NCBI GenBank assembly: GCA_958296055.1
Contig: CATQHS010000001.1
Location: 692,277-756,276, forward strand
Length of the DNA: 64,000 bases
From: an uncultured Acidimicrobiales bacterium
Lineage (GTDB): Bacteria; Actinomycetota; Acidimicrobiia; Acidimicrobiales; Aldehydirespiratoraceae
Direction: 5' to 3'
Shown: positions 27,862-38,319 of the stretch, piece after piece
How the letters are laid out: each line of letters opens with the position of its first letter
How positions within the stretch are numbered: the first letter of the stretch is position 1
Position numbers and translations under genes: made by a program
Notes under the pieces: generated by a model
What the model was told of the DNA's origin: nothing
Databases searched by the model: none
The model's input: the letters and a program-made list of their open reading frames with translations, nothing else

Positions 27862-29313
27862 CTAGATTTCGCGATCCTCGCCGCCGCCCTGTTCGGCGAG
27901 CCGGGCTCTGGCCTTCCTCAGCCGGGCCAGCGTCTCGTCTCGGCCCAGCAGCCGCATCGGCCCCCACAGCGGCAGGCCGACGTTGGACCCGCTCAGGGCC
28001 ACCCGCACCGGGGCCTGGGACAGCACCCGGGCCCCGAGGCGGGCCCCGATCTCGTCGCCCGCCCCCATGACGATCGACTCCAGGCGCTCCGCCGAGGCGA
28101 AGTCGGCGCCGGCCAGCCGCTCGGAGACCAGCTCGAGCACCTCGGCCGCGGCCCGGCCTTTCACCATCACCTTGTGCCAGGCCCGGGGGTCGTAGTCGAC
28201 CTCGGCGGCCATGACCCAGTCCACCCAGCCCGCCACCTCGCTCAGCTTGGCCGCCCGCGGCTGAATCTCCGGGGCCAGCGCCCGCACCGCCTCGGGGTCG
28301 TAGCGGCCGGCCCGCCCGCCGGGCCCGAACCGGCCCCTCAGAAACGGCTCGGCCCGCTCGACCAGCTCGTCGGGGGTCAGCGCCCTCATGTAGGCGGCGT
28401 TGATATGGTCGAGCTTGCGGGGGTCGAAGAAAGCGGGCGACTTGGTGACCGCTCCCAGGTCGAAGAGGGCGACGATCTCGGCCATGGGCCGGATCTCGGT
28501 CTTGTCGGGCGGGCCCCAGCCCAGCAGGGCCAGGTAATTGGCCATGGCCTCGGGCAGATATCCCTGCTCCCGGTAGTGGCCGAGCGAGACGTCGTCGCGC
28601 CGCTTGGCCAGCTTCTGGCGCTTCTCGTTCACCAGCAGGGGCAGGTGGGCGTAGGCGGGGGGCGGCCCGTAGCCGAGCGCCTCCCACAGCAATCGCACCT
28701 TGGGGGTGGCGTTGAGCAGGTCCTCGCCCCGGATGACGTGGCTGATGCCCATGTGGCGGTCGTCCACCGCGTTGGCCAGCAGGAAGGTGGCCGACCCGTC
28801 GGCCCGGCGGATCACGAAGTCCTCCAGGGCGGGGTTGGGGAACGAGACCCGGCCCCGGATCAGGTCGTCGACCACGGTGGCGCCAGTGTCGGGGGCGCGG
28901 AAGCGCACCACCGCGCCGGGGCCGTCTTTGACGCCGCGGTCCCGGGACCAGCCGTGGTAGCCGGGGGGCAGGTCGGCCTCGGCCGCCCGGGCTTCGATCT
29001 CGGGGCCGGACAGGTCGCAGAAGTAGGCCGCGCCGGCGGCCACCAGCCGGTCGATGGCCTCGGCGTACAGGCCGCCCCGCTCGGACTGGAAGTGAGGCCC
29101 CTCGTCCCAGTCGATGCCGAGCCAGCCTAGCGGCTCGACGATGGCGTCGACGTATTCCTGGGCCTTCAGCGAGGCGTCGGTGTCCTCGATCCGCAGCACC
29201 ATCGCGCCCCCCCGGCTGCGGGCGAACAGCCAGTTGAACAGAGCGGTGCGGGCGCTGCCGACGTGAAGGTAGCCGGTAGGGGCTGGCGCGAACCTGACCC
29301 TGGGAGCGGGCAC
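27862..29313 (-). CDS. gltX: Glutamate--tRNA ligase
   Basis: 483 aa with a GTG start. [28 protein letters not shown]...MVLRIEDTD and a KLAKRR (KMSKS-type) motif. Adjacent to tRNA-Gln and tRNA-Glu. Confidence 0.95.
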   Translation of the reverse strand: MPAPRVRFAPAPTGYLHVGSARTALFNWLFARSRGGAMVLRIEDTDASLKAQEYVDAIVEPLGWLGIDWDEGPHFQSERGGLYAEAIDRLVAAGAAYFCDLSGPEIEARAAEADLPPGYHGWSRDRGVKDGPGAVVRFRAPDTGATVVDDLIRGRVSFPNPALEDFVIRRADGSATFLLANAVDDRHMGISHVIRGEDLLNATPKVRLLWEALGYGPPPAYAHLPLLVNEKRQKLAKRRDDVSLGHYREQGYLPEAMANYLALLGWGPPDKTEIRPMAEIVALFDLGAVTKSPAFFDPRKLDHINAAYMRALTPDELVERAEPFLRGRFGPGGRAGRYDPEAVRALAPEIQPRAAKLSEVAGWVDWVMAAEVDYDPRAWHKVMVKGRAAAEVLELVSERLAGADFASAERLESIVMGAGDEIGARLGARVLSQAPVRVALSGSNVGLPLWGPMRLLGRDETLARLRKARARLAEQGGGEDREI

Positions 29314-29374
29314 GGGACGAGGGTACCGGCAGATTCGGCCCCATTTGCCCTAAACCGTTCGCGACCAACCCGCT

Positions 29375-29390
29375 GGCTATAGCCTAATAT
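29375..29390 (+). promoter_or_regulatory. 10-bp perfect palindrome GGCTATAGCC abutting a -10-like TAATAT upstream of the plus-strand RDD gene
   Basis: Palindrome at 29375-29384 and TAATAT at 29385-29390. AGGAG at 29418-29422 lies 5 nt before the GTG start at 29428. The region is a divergent intergenic space shared with gltX. Confidence 0.3.
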
Positions 29391-29427
29391 CGCTGCGATC
29401 AACCACCGCTGCAAATCAGGAGTCGCC

Positions 29428-30012
29428 GTGTCCAACCTGCCCCCGCCTCCGCCTCCGCCGAACCCAGGCTCCCCCGCTCCTTCGCCGAACCCAGGCTCCC
29501 ACGCTCCTGGCGCTATGACAGGCTGGGCGATCACCGGCACCGGTCAACAGCTAGAACTCGCCAGCGCCGGATCACGACTCGGAGCCCGGATCCTCGACGG
29601 CGTGATCATGGGCGTAGTGTTGATCGTCTTGATCGTCATCGGCGCCTTGGCGCTGTTCGGAGTGGATTCCGGGGACTCCACCGCCGATGAAGAAACGACC
29701 GGATTGGTATTGTTCTTCGGCGTCATAGCGCTAATGACGGTGATCGGCTTGTTCTATGAGGTTGTGATGATCGCCACGCGGGGGCAGACCTTGGGCAAGA
29801 TGATGACGAGCATCAAGGTGGTGCGGGCTGATAACGGGCTCCTGCCCGGATGGGGCAAGTCGATCGGGCGCTGGATCATTCCCGTGGTGTTGGCTTTCGT
29901 CCCGGTTGTTGGGTGGTTGTTGTCCCTACTCGTCTATCTCTCGCTCCTTTGGGACTCAGCTCGGCAAGGCTGGCACGACAAGGCCGCGGGAACGCTAGTC
30001 GTGAAGGCGTGA
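29428..30012 (+). CDS. RDD-family membrane protein (paralogue 1) with a poly-Pro N-terminus
   Basis: 194 aa. (M)SNLPPPPPPPNPG..., RLGARILDGVIMGVV..., QTLGKMMTSIKVV..., QGWHDKAAGTLVV. Good SD sequence. GC is lower than in the core genes. Confidence 0.8.
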   Translation: MSNLPPPPPPPNPGSPAPSPNPGSHAPGAMTGWAITGTGQQLELASAGSRLGARILDGVIMGVVLIVLIVIGALALFGVDSGDSTADEETTGLVLFFGVIALMTVIGLFYEVVMIATRGQTLGKMMTSIKVVRADNGLLPGWGKSIGRWIIPVVLAFVPVVGWLLSLLVYLSLLWDSARQGWHDKAAGTLVVKA

Positions 30013-30058
30013 CTCTGGCCCAGTGATCCGCCAGAAAGTTCTATGAATATCTCCCCAT

Positions 30059-30082
30059 GAGCGTTACGTCGACGCGACGCTC
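30059..30082. terminator. Weak hairpin between the convergent RDD genes
   Basis: GAGCGT-(12 nt containing CGTCGACG)-ACGCTC. No U-tract. Speculative. Confidence 0.2.
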
Positions 30083-30085
30083 AGC

Positions 30086-30700
30086 TCAGTTCCCGCCGGT
30101 GAATACGACACGACTGCCGACCATTTTGTCGTGCACAGTCTGGCTCCGGTCGCCCCGCAGCAGCCACAGATGATCAACCAGCCACAGCAGCAGGACCAGC
30201 GGCAAGGCCACAGTGCCCAAAGGAATCACGAACAAGATCCAGAAGGGCCCGAAAGGAACTAAAAAGATGAGGCCGGCGAATCTGGCGTCTCTGGCCATTC
30301 CCCGCCAGAAGCCGAGGGTCCGGCTGTGGTCGCCCGCCGTCACCACCTTCAGCTTCAGGAACGCCTTGCCCGGCGTCCGACCGAGCAAGCCCGTGAGCAG
30401 ACCACCCCAGGCCAAGGCTGCGAGCACTGAGAGCGCGGGGAAGGCGACAGATAGGACGCCCCGCGCGTGGTTAGAGGGATCGTTGGTGGGGAAGACCAGG
30501 TCCCACATGCCCTCCAGCGGGCCCCAGAGCACGATGGAGATCAAAAAGACCGGCACCAAGATCGCCCCGAAGCAGACCAGATCGACCAGGAAGGCGCAGA
30601 CGCGCTGATCCAAGCTGGCCGACGGCAGCCGCGATCCGTCCGAGCTGGACTCGCCGGGCGACAGAGGCCCGTCTGGCGAAGCCGCCGGCGTCCGATCCAA
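30086..30700 (-). CDS. RDD-family membrane protein (paralogue 2); the start codon appears decayed
   Basis: 204 aa from TTG at 30700. RVCAFLVDLVCF..., RTPGKAFLKLKVV..., QTVHDKMVGSRVVF. The in-frame upstream codons ATC GGC AGT CTT CCT TCG CCT CCT... mirror the ATG AGC AAC CTC CCC CCG CCT CCG... start of paralogue 3. Confidence 0.7.
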   Translation of the reverse strand: MDRTPAASPDGPLSPGESSSDGSRLPSASLDQRVCAFLVDLVCFGAILVPVFLISIVLWGPLEGMWDLVFPTNDPSNHARGVLSVAFPALSVLAALAWGGLLTGLLGRTPGKAFLKLKVVTAGDHSRTLGFWRGMARDARFAGLIFLVPFGPFWILFVIPLGTVALPLVLLLWLVDHLWLLRGDRSQTVHDKMVGSRVVFTGGN

Positions 30701-30760
30701 GATCTCCGGCGGAGGAGGCGAAGGAGGCGAAGGAAGACTGCCGATGCCGGGAGATTATGT

Positions 30761-31501
<741 letters not shown>

Positions 31502-31596
31502 GCCTCAGAGTTTACTAAGAGCGCGCGCACAGAGCGGGACGCTGAGCCAGCCCCGCTACTAGCCGACGCGGGTAGCCCAGCCAGAGGCGTCAAGGG

Positions 31597-32118
31597 CTAC
31601 GCCAGGCCCAGGGGACGGCGCCAGTCATGGCGGCAGGCTTCGGCCATCGCTTCGGCCGAGGCCCGCAGCGTCTCCTCGGGCACCAGATGGGCCAGCCAGC
31701 GGGACGAGCCGTAGCCGTGCTCGCCGGCCATCCCGGAGAAGCAGGCCCAGCGCCACTCCACCAGCTCCGAGGGAGGCCGGCGCAAGTAGCCGAACAGCTC
31801 CAGGGCCAGCCTCACGTCGTGGACCACCGGGGCCCGGGCGAACAGCGACGCCCGGCGCAGGGCCACCGCCACGCACCCGGCCAGGACGTCGTCGCGGCTC
31901 TCGCCGTCGGCCAGGATCAGATGGTCGCCGAAGCGGCGGGCCAGCCCGAGCGCGTAGCCCTGGTCGGGGCCGGGGCTGCCCAGGCCCGGGCCGCGAGGCT
32001 GGGGGCCTCCCACCACCTCGCCGGGGCGGTCCGCCGTCCACGAGCCCCGGCGCCGGGGCGGCGACTTATAGGTGGAGGGCGACCGGTTCGTGGCGGGCAC
32101 GTACGACGGGGCGGACAC
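31597..32118 (-). CDS. Hypothetical protein
   Basis: C-terminal 173 aa of the 557-aa ORF, starting at GTG 32118 just after the upstream synthase stop. Third positions are GC-rich and I recognise no motif. The rest of the ORF overlaps the synthase gene out of frame. Confidence 0.5.
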   Translation of the reverse strand: MSAPSYVPATNRSPSTYKSPPRRRGSWTADRPGEVVGGPQPRGPGLGSPGPDQGYALGLARRFGDHLILADGESRDDVLAGCVAVALRRASLFARAPVVHDVRLALELFGYLRRPPSELVEWRWACFSGMAGEHGYGSSRWLAHLVPEETLRASAEAMAEACRHDWRRPLGLA

Positions 32119-32204
32119 GACCGCCAGCCTAGAGCGGCCAGACTTTTGCGACGCGAAGGCAGCCGGTGGAGGCCGGAGCCAACCGCTTCTCGATGGGGCC
32201 GCCC

Positions 32205-33851
32205 TCAGTCGTTGGCGTGGAGCAGCCCGTAGACGATGGAGTCGGCCAGGGCCTGCCAGGAGGCCTCGATGATGTTGGTCGACACCCCGATGGTCGTCCA
32301 CGAACTGCGGTGGTCGGTGGAGTCGATCAGCACCCTGGTGATGGCCCCGGTGCCGCTCTGGGTGTCGAGCACCCGGACCTTGAAGTCGGTCAAGGTGATG
32401 CGGTCCAAGGCCGGGTACTGCCCGTTCAGGGCCGACCGCAGCGCCGAGTCCAGGGCGTTGACCGGCCCGTTGCCCTCCCCCACCGCGGTACGGCGGTCGT
32501 CGCCCACCCAGATCTTGACGGTGGCCTCGGTCTCGACATCGACGGCCACGTCGTTCCAGGCCCGGGCCCCGGTGCCGGACCGGTGGTCGAGCGACACCCG
32601 GAACGACTCCAGCCGGAAGAAGTCCTGCTCCCAGCCGGCCGCGCCCCGCATCAGCAGCTCCAGGGAGGCGTCGGCCGCCTCGAAGTGGTAGCCGGCGTGC
32701 TCGAGCCGCTTCAGGGTGTCGATCACGTCGCCCAGCACCCGGCCGTCTATGTCTATGCCCAGGTCGGCCGCCTTCATCTGCAGGGTGCTGCGGCCCGACA
32801 TCTCCGACACCAGCACCCGGGTGCCGTTGCCGACCAGGGCCGGGGACACGTGCTCGTAGGAGTCGGGGCGGCGGCTGAGGGCGCTGGTGTGCAGGCCGGC
32901 CTTGTGGGCGAAGGCGCTGGCCCCCGCGTAGGGCTGCTGGGGGTTGAGGGGGATGTTGACCAGCTCGGCCACGTGGCGGGCCACCGAGGTCAGCCGCTCC
33001 AGCCGCCCGGAGGGCAGGGCCCCGATGCCCATCTTGAGCTCCAGGTTGGCGATGATGGGCACTAGGTCGCAGTTGCCGACCCGCTCGCCGTAGCCGTTGA
33101 TGGTGCCCTGCACCTGGGTGGCTCCGGCCCTCACCGCGGCCAGGGCGTTGGCCACCCCGCAGCCGGTGTCGTTGTGGACGTGGATGCCCACCCCGCAGTC
33201 GACGTGGTCGGCCACCTCGGCCACCGCCGCCTCCACCGCGGGGGGCAGCGAGCCGCCGTTGGTGTCGCACAGCACCACCGTCTCGGCCCCGGCCATGGCC
33301 GCGGCCTCGATCACCCGCAGGCTGAACTCCCGGTTGCGGAGGTGGCCGTCGAAGAAGTGCTCGGCGTCAAACAGCACCCGCTTGCCCTCCGCTACCAGAA
33401 AGGCGACCGAGTCGGCCACCATGGCCACCCCGTCGTCCAGGGTGGTGCGCAGCGCCTCGGTGACGTGGTAGTCCCAGCACTTGCCGACGATGCACACGAT
33501 CTCGGTGCCGGCTTCGGCCAGGCGGGCCAGGGTGGGGTCGGAGTCGACCCGGCCCTTGGGCCGGCGGGTGGAGCCGAAGGCGACCAGCTCGCTGGTGGCC
33601 AGGGTCAGCTCGCCGGCCCGGGCGAAGAACTCGTCGTCTTTGGGGTTGGCGCCGGGCCAGCCCCCCTCGATGAACGACACCCCGAGGTAGTCGAGCTGCT
33701 CGGCGATGCGCAGCTTGTCGGCCACGGTGAGCGAGATGCCCTCGAGCTGGGAGCCGTCCCGCAGGGTGGTGTCGTAGACGTCCACCGCCGCGGGCCACGA
33801 CGGGTTCCGGGCCGGGGCGGCCCGGGCGGCGGCCTCGCCACCGGTGCTCAT
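32205..33851 (-). CDS. cimA: Citramalate synthase / 2-isopropylmalate synthase family protein (CimA type)
   Basis: 548 aa. YDTTLRDGSQLEGISLTVADKLRIAEQLDYLGVSFIEGGWPGANPKD, HVHNDTGCGVANALAAV and a C-terminal LeuA-dimer-like region. Lies in the leu/ilv cluster. Confidence 0.7.
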   Translation of the reverse strand: MSTGGEAAARAAPARNPSWPAAVDVYDTTLRDGSQLEGISLTVADKLRIAEQLDYLGVSFIEGGWPGANPKDDEFFARAGELTLATSELVAFGSTRRPKGRVDSDPTLARLAEAGTEIVCIVGKCWDYHVTEALRTTLDDGVAMVADSVAFLVAEGKRVLFDAEHFFDGHLRNREFSLRVIEAAAMAGAETVVLCDTNGGSLPPAVEAAVAEVADHVDCGVGIHVHNDTGCGVANALAAVRAGATQVQGTINGYGERVGNCDLVPIIANLELKMGIGALPSGRLERLTSVARHVAELVNIPLNPQQPYAGASAFAHKAGLHTSALSRRPDSYEHVSPALVGNGTRVLVSEMSGRSTLQMKAADLGIDIDGRVLGDVIDTLKRLEHAGYHFEAADASLELLMRGAAGWEQDFFRLESFRVSLDHRSGTGARAWNDVAVDVETEATVKIWVGDDRRTAVGEGNGPVNALDSALRSALNGQYPALDRITLTDFKVRVLDTQSGTGAITRVLIDSTDHRSSWTTIGVSTNIIEASWQALADSIVYGLLHAND

Positions 33852-33860
33852 GGTCTCGGC

Positions 33861-34781
33861 CTAGTCATCGACGTGCTCGACCCAGGTCTTGTAGCGGTCG
33901 ATCCGGCCCCGCACCGCGTCGGCGTATACCTCGGCGATGGCCAGGGTCCGGGGACCGGGGCAGTCCAGGGGCCGGTCGTCGATGGAGTTGACCGCGCTCA
34001 CCTCGGCCGCGGTGCCGGTCAGGAACACCTCGTCGGCCAGGTAGAGGTCGCTGCGGGCCAGATCGGCGACCTGAATCTCGATGCCGGCGTCGGCGGCGAT
34101 GTCCATCACCGAGTCCCGGGTGATGCCGGGCAGCGCTCCCGCCGATATGGGCGGGGTGACCATGACGTCGCCCAGCCCGGCGAAGATGTTCTCGCCCGAG
34201 CCCTCGGCCACCAGCCCGGCGCCGTTGAGCATGATGGCCTCGTCGTAGCCGGCGTTGAGGGCCTCCATCTTGGCCAGGGTGGAGTTGACGTAGGTGCCGG
34301 TGGCCTTGGTGGCCGGGGGCACGGTGTTGTGTCCGGGGCGGACCCACGACGAGATCTTCAGGCGCACGCCCTTGGTGAGGACGTCGTCACCTAGGTAGGC
34401 CCCCCAGGGCCACACCGCGATGGCCACGTCGGTGGTGCAGCCGGTGGTGGCCAGCCCTATCTCCCCGTAGCCGTAGTAGGCGATGGGGCGCACGTAGCAC
34501 GACGGCAGCCCGCTGTCGCGCACCACCAGCTTGCAGGCCTCGACGAGCTCGGCCACCGAGTAGGGCATGGCCATCCCCAAGACCCGGGCTGAGCGGTGGA
34601 ACCTCTCGATGTGGTCGGTGAGTCGGAACACGGCCGGCCCGGACTCGGTCTCATAGGCCCGGATGCCCTCAAACACGCCGGTGCCGTAGTGCAGGGTGTG
34701 GGTGAGCACGTGGATCTTGGCGTCTTCCCAGGCAACGAGCTCGCCGTTCATCCAGATGTTCTCGGTGGGGGTGATGGGCAT
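33861..34781 (-). CDS. ilvE: Branched-chain amino acid aminotransferase
   Basis: 306 aa. IWMNGELVAWEDAKIHVLTHTLHYGTGVFEGIRAY...TGTYVNSTLAK...GENIF...PGITRDSV. Confidence 0.9.
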   Translation of the reverse strand: MPITPTENIWMNGELVAWEDAKIHVLTHTLHYGTGVFEGIRAYETESGPAVFRLTDHIERFHRSARVLGMAMPYSVAELVEACKLVVRDSGLPSCYVRPIAYYGYGEIGLATTGCTTDVAIAVWPWGAYLGDDVLTKGVRLKISSWVRPGHNTVPPATKATGTYVNSTLAKMEALNAGYDEAIMLNGAGLVAEGSGENIFAGLGDVMVTPPISAGALPGITRDSVMDIAADAGIEIQVADLARSDLYLADEVFLTGTAAEVSAVNSIDDRPLDCPGPRTLAIAEVYADAVRGRIDRYKTWVEHVDD

Positions 34782-34853
34782 CGGTTCGGAACCTTCTCTT
34801 GAGGGTGATCAGTTCAGGTCGGAGGCGGGCGGCGATTGGTCGGGTATTCGGAT

Positions 34854-35819
34854 CTAGAGGCGGGCGACGATGGCGGCGCCGATTTCGGCGGTGCTGCCGG
34901 TGAGCGTCTCGGGGCGGGCGCAGGCCTTGCGGATCCGCTCGGCGGCCGCGACCTCGCCCAGGTGGTCCAGCATCATGGCCCCCGACAGCACGGCCGCCAC
35001 CGGGTTGGCCCGGCCGGTGCCGACGATGTCGGGAGCCGAGCCGTGGACGGGCTCGAACATCGACACCCGGCCGGGGTGCAGGTTGGCGGTGGGGGCCAGC
35101 CCGATCCCGCCCGACACCGCGCCCCCCAGGTCGGTCAGGATGTCGCCGAAGAGGTTGTCGGTGACCACCACATCGTAGCGGCCCGGGTCCTCCACGAAGT
35201 AGATGCAGGCCGCGTCCACGTGGTTGTAGGCGGTGGAGACCCCGGGGTACTCGGCCGCCACCTCGTCGAAGGCGCGCTGCCACAGGTCGCCGGCGAAAGT
35301 GAGCACGTTCGTCTTGTGGACCAGGGTGAGGTGGCCCCGCCGAGCCGAGGCCAGGTCGAAGGCGTAGCGGATCGCCCGCTCCACTCCCCGGCGGGTGTTG
35401 ACCGAGCCCTGGGTGGCGATCTCGTGGGGGGTGTGGCGGCGCAGGAACCCTCCCTCCCCGGCGTAAGTGCCCTCGGTGTTCTCGCGGATGACGGTGAAGT
35501 CGTGGCCCTCGGCGGCGAAGGGCCGCAGGTTGATGTAGAGGTCGAGTTCGAAGCGCATCTTCAGCAGCAGGCCCCGCTCGATGACCCCGGGCGCCACATC
35601 GGGGTGGCCCACCGCCCCGAAGTACAAGGCGTCGAGGCCGCGCCACTCCTCGATGGTGGCGTCGTCGAGGACGGTGCCGTCGGCCAGGTAGCGGGCTCCG
35701 CCCAGGTTGTAGTGGACCAAGTCCAGTTCGACCCCGGCCGCGGCGATGACCTTGAGCCCCTCGGCCACCACCTCAGGGCCGATGCCGTCGCCGCCGACGA
35801 CTCCCACTCTGTGCGCCAT
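34854..35819 (-). CDS. leuB: 3-isopropylmalate dehydrogenase
   Basis: 321 aa. [13 protein letters not shown]...[13 protein letters not shown]...[21 protein letters not shown]...[11 protein letters not shown]. Confidence 0.9.
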   Translation of the reverse strand: MAHRVGVVGGDGIGPEVVAEGLKVIAAAGVELDLVHYNLGGARYLADGTVLDDATIEEWRGLDALYFGAVGHPDVAPGVIERGLLLKMRFELDLYINLRPFAAEGHDFTVIRENTEGTYAGEGGFLRRHTPHEIATQGSVNTRRGVERAIRYAFDLASARRGHLTLVHKTNVLTFAGDLWQRAFDEVAAEYPGVSTAYNHVDAACIYFVEDPGRYDVVVTDNLFGDILTDLGGAVSGGIGLAPTANLHPGRVSMFEPVHGSAPDIVGTGRANPVAAVLSGAMMLDHLGEVAAAERIRKACARPETLTGSTAEIGAAIVARL

Positions 35820-35914
35820 GGCTGCTCGCTTTCGGTAGGTCGCTTTTAGCTGGGCGGCTCGGGGCCGATTGAGGGCTTACAAGAACAAACCGCCCACCGG
35901 AGTGGACGGTAGAG

Positions 35915-35940
35915 GACGCACGCCGGGACCGGCGTGCGTC
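35915..35940. promoter_or_regulatory. Perfect 12+12 inverted repeat GACGCACGCCGG-GA-CCGGCGTGCGTC in the leuB/greA divergent intergenic region
   Basis: Read directly from the sequence. It lies 96 nt from the leuB start and 173 nt from the greA start. Function is unknown (operator or RNA hairpin). Confidence 0.3.
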
Positions 35941-36112
35941 AGGGAATCACGATGATCGCGTCGGTGATGGCGGCTCGATTCGTCACCGGCCCGAGTATAC
36001 CCGAGGCGGACCGCGACCGACCCCCAACGGGGCGGCACCAGGACTGGGCGGGACGGGGCCGGGCCGCGACGGGACGTGACGGGGCCGCACCGGGCGGCGG
36101 TAGGATCGGTCC

Positions 36113-36577
36113 ATGGCCGAAGCCCAGCAGCTCTCGGCGGCCGCCCACCAGCGGCTCTCCGAGGAACTGGAGGATCTCACCACCCGGGGCCGCACCGACA
36201 TAGCCGCCAAGATCGAGGCGGCCCGGGCCCTCGGCGACCTGTCCGAGAACGGCGACTATCATGCGGCCAAGGAGACCAAGGCCCTGATGGAGTCCCGGAT
36301 CCTGCACCTGACCCGGCTCCTCGACAACGCCGAGATAATGGAACGCACTTCCGACGGACATGTGATCGGTGCCGGGTCGATCGTTTCGGTCAGCTACGAC
36401 GGCGACGAGCCGGAGCGCTTCCTGGTGGGATCGATCGAAGAGCAGCGCGACGACCTCACCGTGGTCTCGCTCGGGTCGCCCATGGGCCAGTCCCTGCTGG
36501 GGGCGTCGGCCGGCGACGAGGTCTGCTACGAGTCGCCGGCCGGCCCGGTGCGAATCACCGTGGCCGCCGTCGAGTGA
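36113..36577 (+). CDS. greA: Transcription elongation factor GreA
   Basis: 154 aa. LSAAAHQRLSEELEDLT...IAAKIEAARALGDLSENGDYHAAKE...SPMGQSLLGASAGDEV. Confidence 0.92.
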   Translation: MAEAQQLSAAAHQRLSEELEDLTTRGRTDIAAKIEAARALGDLSENGDYHAAKETKALMESRILHLTRLLDNAEIMERTSDGHVIGAGSIVSVSYDGDEPERFLVGSIEEQRDDLTVVSLGSPMGQSLLGASAGDEVCYESPAGPVRITVAAVE

Positions 36578-36584
36578 CGGTGAG

Positions 36585-36782
36585 ATGGACCGGGCCGGCC
36601 AAGCCGATCCGGGCGTCGGGGCCGCCGCAGGGGTTGGGCCCCGGCCGTCGAACCTGCGCTGGGCCCGGGCGGCCCTGGTGATCGGGGGGCTGCTGCTGGC
36701 CGCGGGCGCGGGCCTCATCGTGTGGGACGCGGCCAGCGACGACTCCCCCGCCCCGGTGGTGATCACCGGGACGGGCGGCTAG
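36585..36782 (+). CDS. Small single-pass membrane protein (hypothetical)
   Basis: 65 aa. The ATG lies 8 nt after the greA stop. The hydrophobic core is ALVIGGLLLAAGAGLIVW, and third positions are GC-rich. No homology was recognised. Confidence 0.35.
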   Translation: MDRAGQADPGVGAAAGVGPRPSNLRWARAALVIGGLLLAAGAGLIVWDAASDDSPAPVVITGTGG

Positions 36783-36845
36783 GCCGCGAGCGCCGGCGCC
36801 GGGACTGAGCCGGATACCAAACCGGAGAGCCAAAGGACGAGAGCA

Positions 36846-38255
36846 GTGGCAGAACCGAAAACCCTCAGCGAGAAGATCTGGGACCGGCATTTGGTGGTGG
36901 AGGGCGGCGACGGCCAACCCGACCTGTTGTACATCGACCTGCACTTGGTCCACGAGGTCACATCCCCCCAGGCCTTCGAGGGGCTGCGCCTCTCCGGGCG
37001 GGGGGTCCGGCGGCCCGACCTCACCGTCGCCACCGAGGACCACAACGTGCCCACCGCCGACATCGACCGGCCCATCGCCGATGAGATCAGCCGCGTCCAG
37101 GTGGAGACCCTGCGCCGCAACGCCGACGAACTCGGCATCGTCAACTACCCGATGGGCCACCCCAAGCAGGGCATCGTGCATGTGATCGGCCCCGAGCAGG
37201 GCTGGACCCAGCCGGGGATGACCATCGTCTGCGGCGACTCCCACACCTCCACCCACGGCGCCTTCGGGGCCATCGCCTTCGGCATCGGCACCAGCGAGGT
37301 GGAGCACGTCCTGGCCACCCAGACCCTGCCCCAGATGCGCCCGGGCACCATGGCCGTGACCGTCGCCGGGGAGCTGCCAGCCGGGGTCTCGGCCAAGGAC
37401 GTGATCCTGGCCATCATCGGCCGGATCGGCACCGGCGGCGGGATCGGCAAGATCATCGAATACCGGGGCCCGGTCATCGAGTCGCTGTCGATGGAGGGGC
37501 GGATGACGGTGTGCAACATGTCGATCGAGGCCGGGGCCCGGGCCGGCCTGATCGCCCCCGACGACACGACTTTCGCCTATCTCCAAGGGCGGGAGCGGGC
37601 CCCTTCGGGGTCGGCCTTCGCCGAGGCGGCGGCCGACTGGCGGGCGCTGGCCACCGACCCGGGGGCCGCCTTCGACGAGGAGGTGGTGCTGGACGGGGCC
37701 GCCATCGGGCCCATGGTCACCTGGGGCACCAACCCGGGCCAGGTGGCCCGCCTGGACGGCTCGGTGCCCAGCCCCGACGAGGTGGCCGACCCCGGCCGGC
37801 GAGACAGCGCGGCCCGGGCCCTCGACTACATGGGCCTGACAGCCGGGACGGCCATGCGCGACATCGCGGTGGACACCGTCTTCATCGGCTCGTGCACCAA
37901 CAGCCGCATCGAGGACCTGCGGGCGGCCGCGGCGGTGGCCGAGGGCCGCCGGGTGGCCGACGGGGTGCGGACCCTGGTGGTGCCCGGGTCGGGCCAGGTC
38001 AAGGCCCAGGCCGAGGCCGAGGGGCTCGACGGCGTGTTCCGGACCGCCGGCTTCGACTGGCGCGAGCCGGGCTGCTCCATGTGTCTGGCCATGAACCCCG
38101 ACAAGCTGGCGCCGGGCGAGCGGGCGGCCAGCACCTCCAACCGCAACTTCGAGGGCCGCCAGGGCCGGGGGGGCCGCACCCATCTGGTGTCGCCCCCGGT
38201 GGCGGCGGCCACCGCCATCGCCGGCGCCTTCGCCCGGCCCGAAGACCTGCCATGA
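36846..38255 (+). CDS. leuC: 3-isopropylmalate dehydratase large subunit
   Basis: 469 aa with a GTG start. [10 protein letters not shown]...[14 protein letters not shown]...[13 protein letters not shown]...[12 protein letters not shown]...NRNFEGRQG. Confidence 0.95.
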   Translation: MAEPKTLSEKIWDRHLVVEGGDGQPDLLYIDLHLVHEVTSPQAFEGLRLSGRGVRRPDLTVATEDHNVPTADIDRPIADEISRVQVETLRRNADELGIVNYPMGHPKQGIVHVIGPEQGWTQPGMTIVCGDSHTSTHGAFGAIAFGIGTSEVEHVLATQTLPQMRPGTMAVTVAGELPAGVSAKDVILAIIGRIGTGGGIGKIIEYRGPVIESLSMEGRMTVCNMSIEAGARAGLIAPDDTTFAYLQGRERAPSGSAFAEAAADWRALATDPGAAFDEEVVLDGAAIGPMVTWGTNPGQVARLDGSVPSPDEVADPGRRDSAARALDYMGLTAGTAMRDIAVDTVFIGSCTNSRIEDLRAAAAVAEGRRVADGVRTLVVPGSGQVKAQAEAEGLDGVFRTAGFDWREPGCSMCLAMNPDKLAPGERAASTSNRNFEGRQGRGGRTHLVSPPVAAATAIAGAFARPEDLP

Positions 38256-38319
38256 GGGCGGCGGGCCGATCAACCAGCGCCAGGACGGGCGGATTCGGCC
38301 CCGCCGGGGCGGTGGCGCC

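Noticed and set aside
27660-29320. Possibility of a tRNA-targeted integrative element next to tRNA-Glu and tRNA-Gln
   Set aside because: No integrase gene and no direct repeat of a tRNA 3' end was seen. gltX next to tRNA-Gln and tRNA-Glu is a common conserved arrangement. The nearby rearrangement is explained by segmental duplication.
35820-36112. A leucine leader peptide or T-box element upstream of leuB, and likewise upstream of leuC at 36783-36845
   Set aside because: There is no Leu-rich mini-ORF and no T-box specifier or antiterminator pattern. Only the palindrome, reported separately, stands out.
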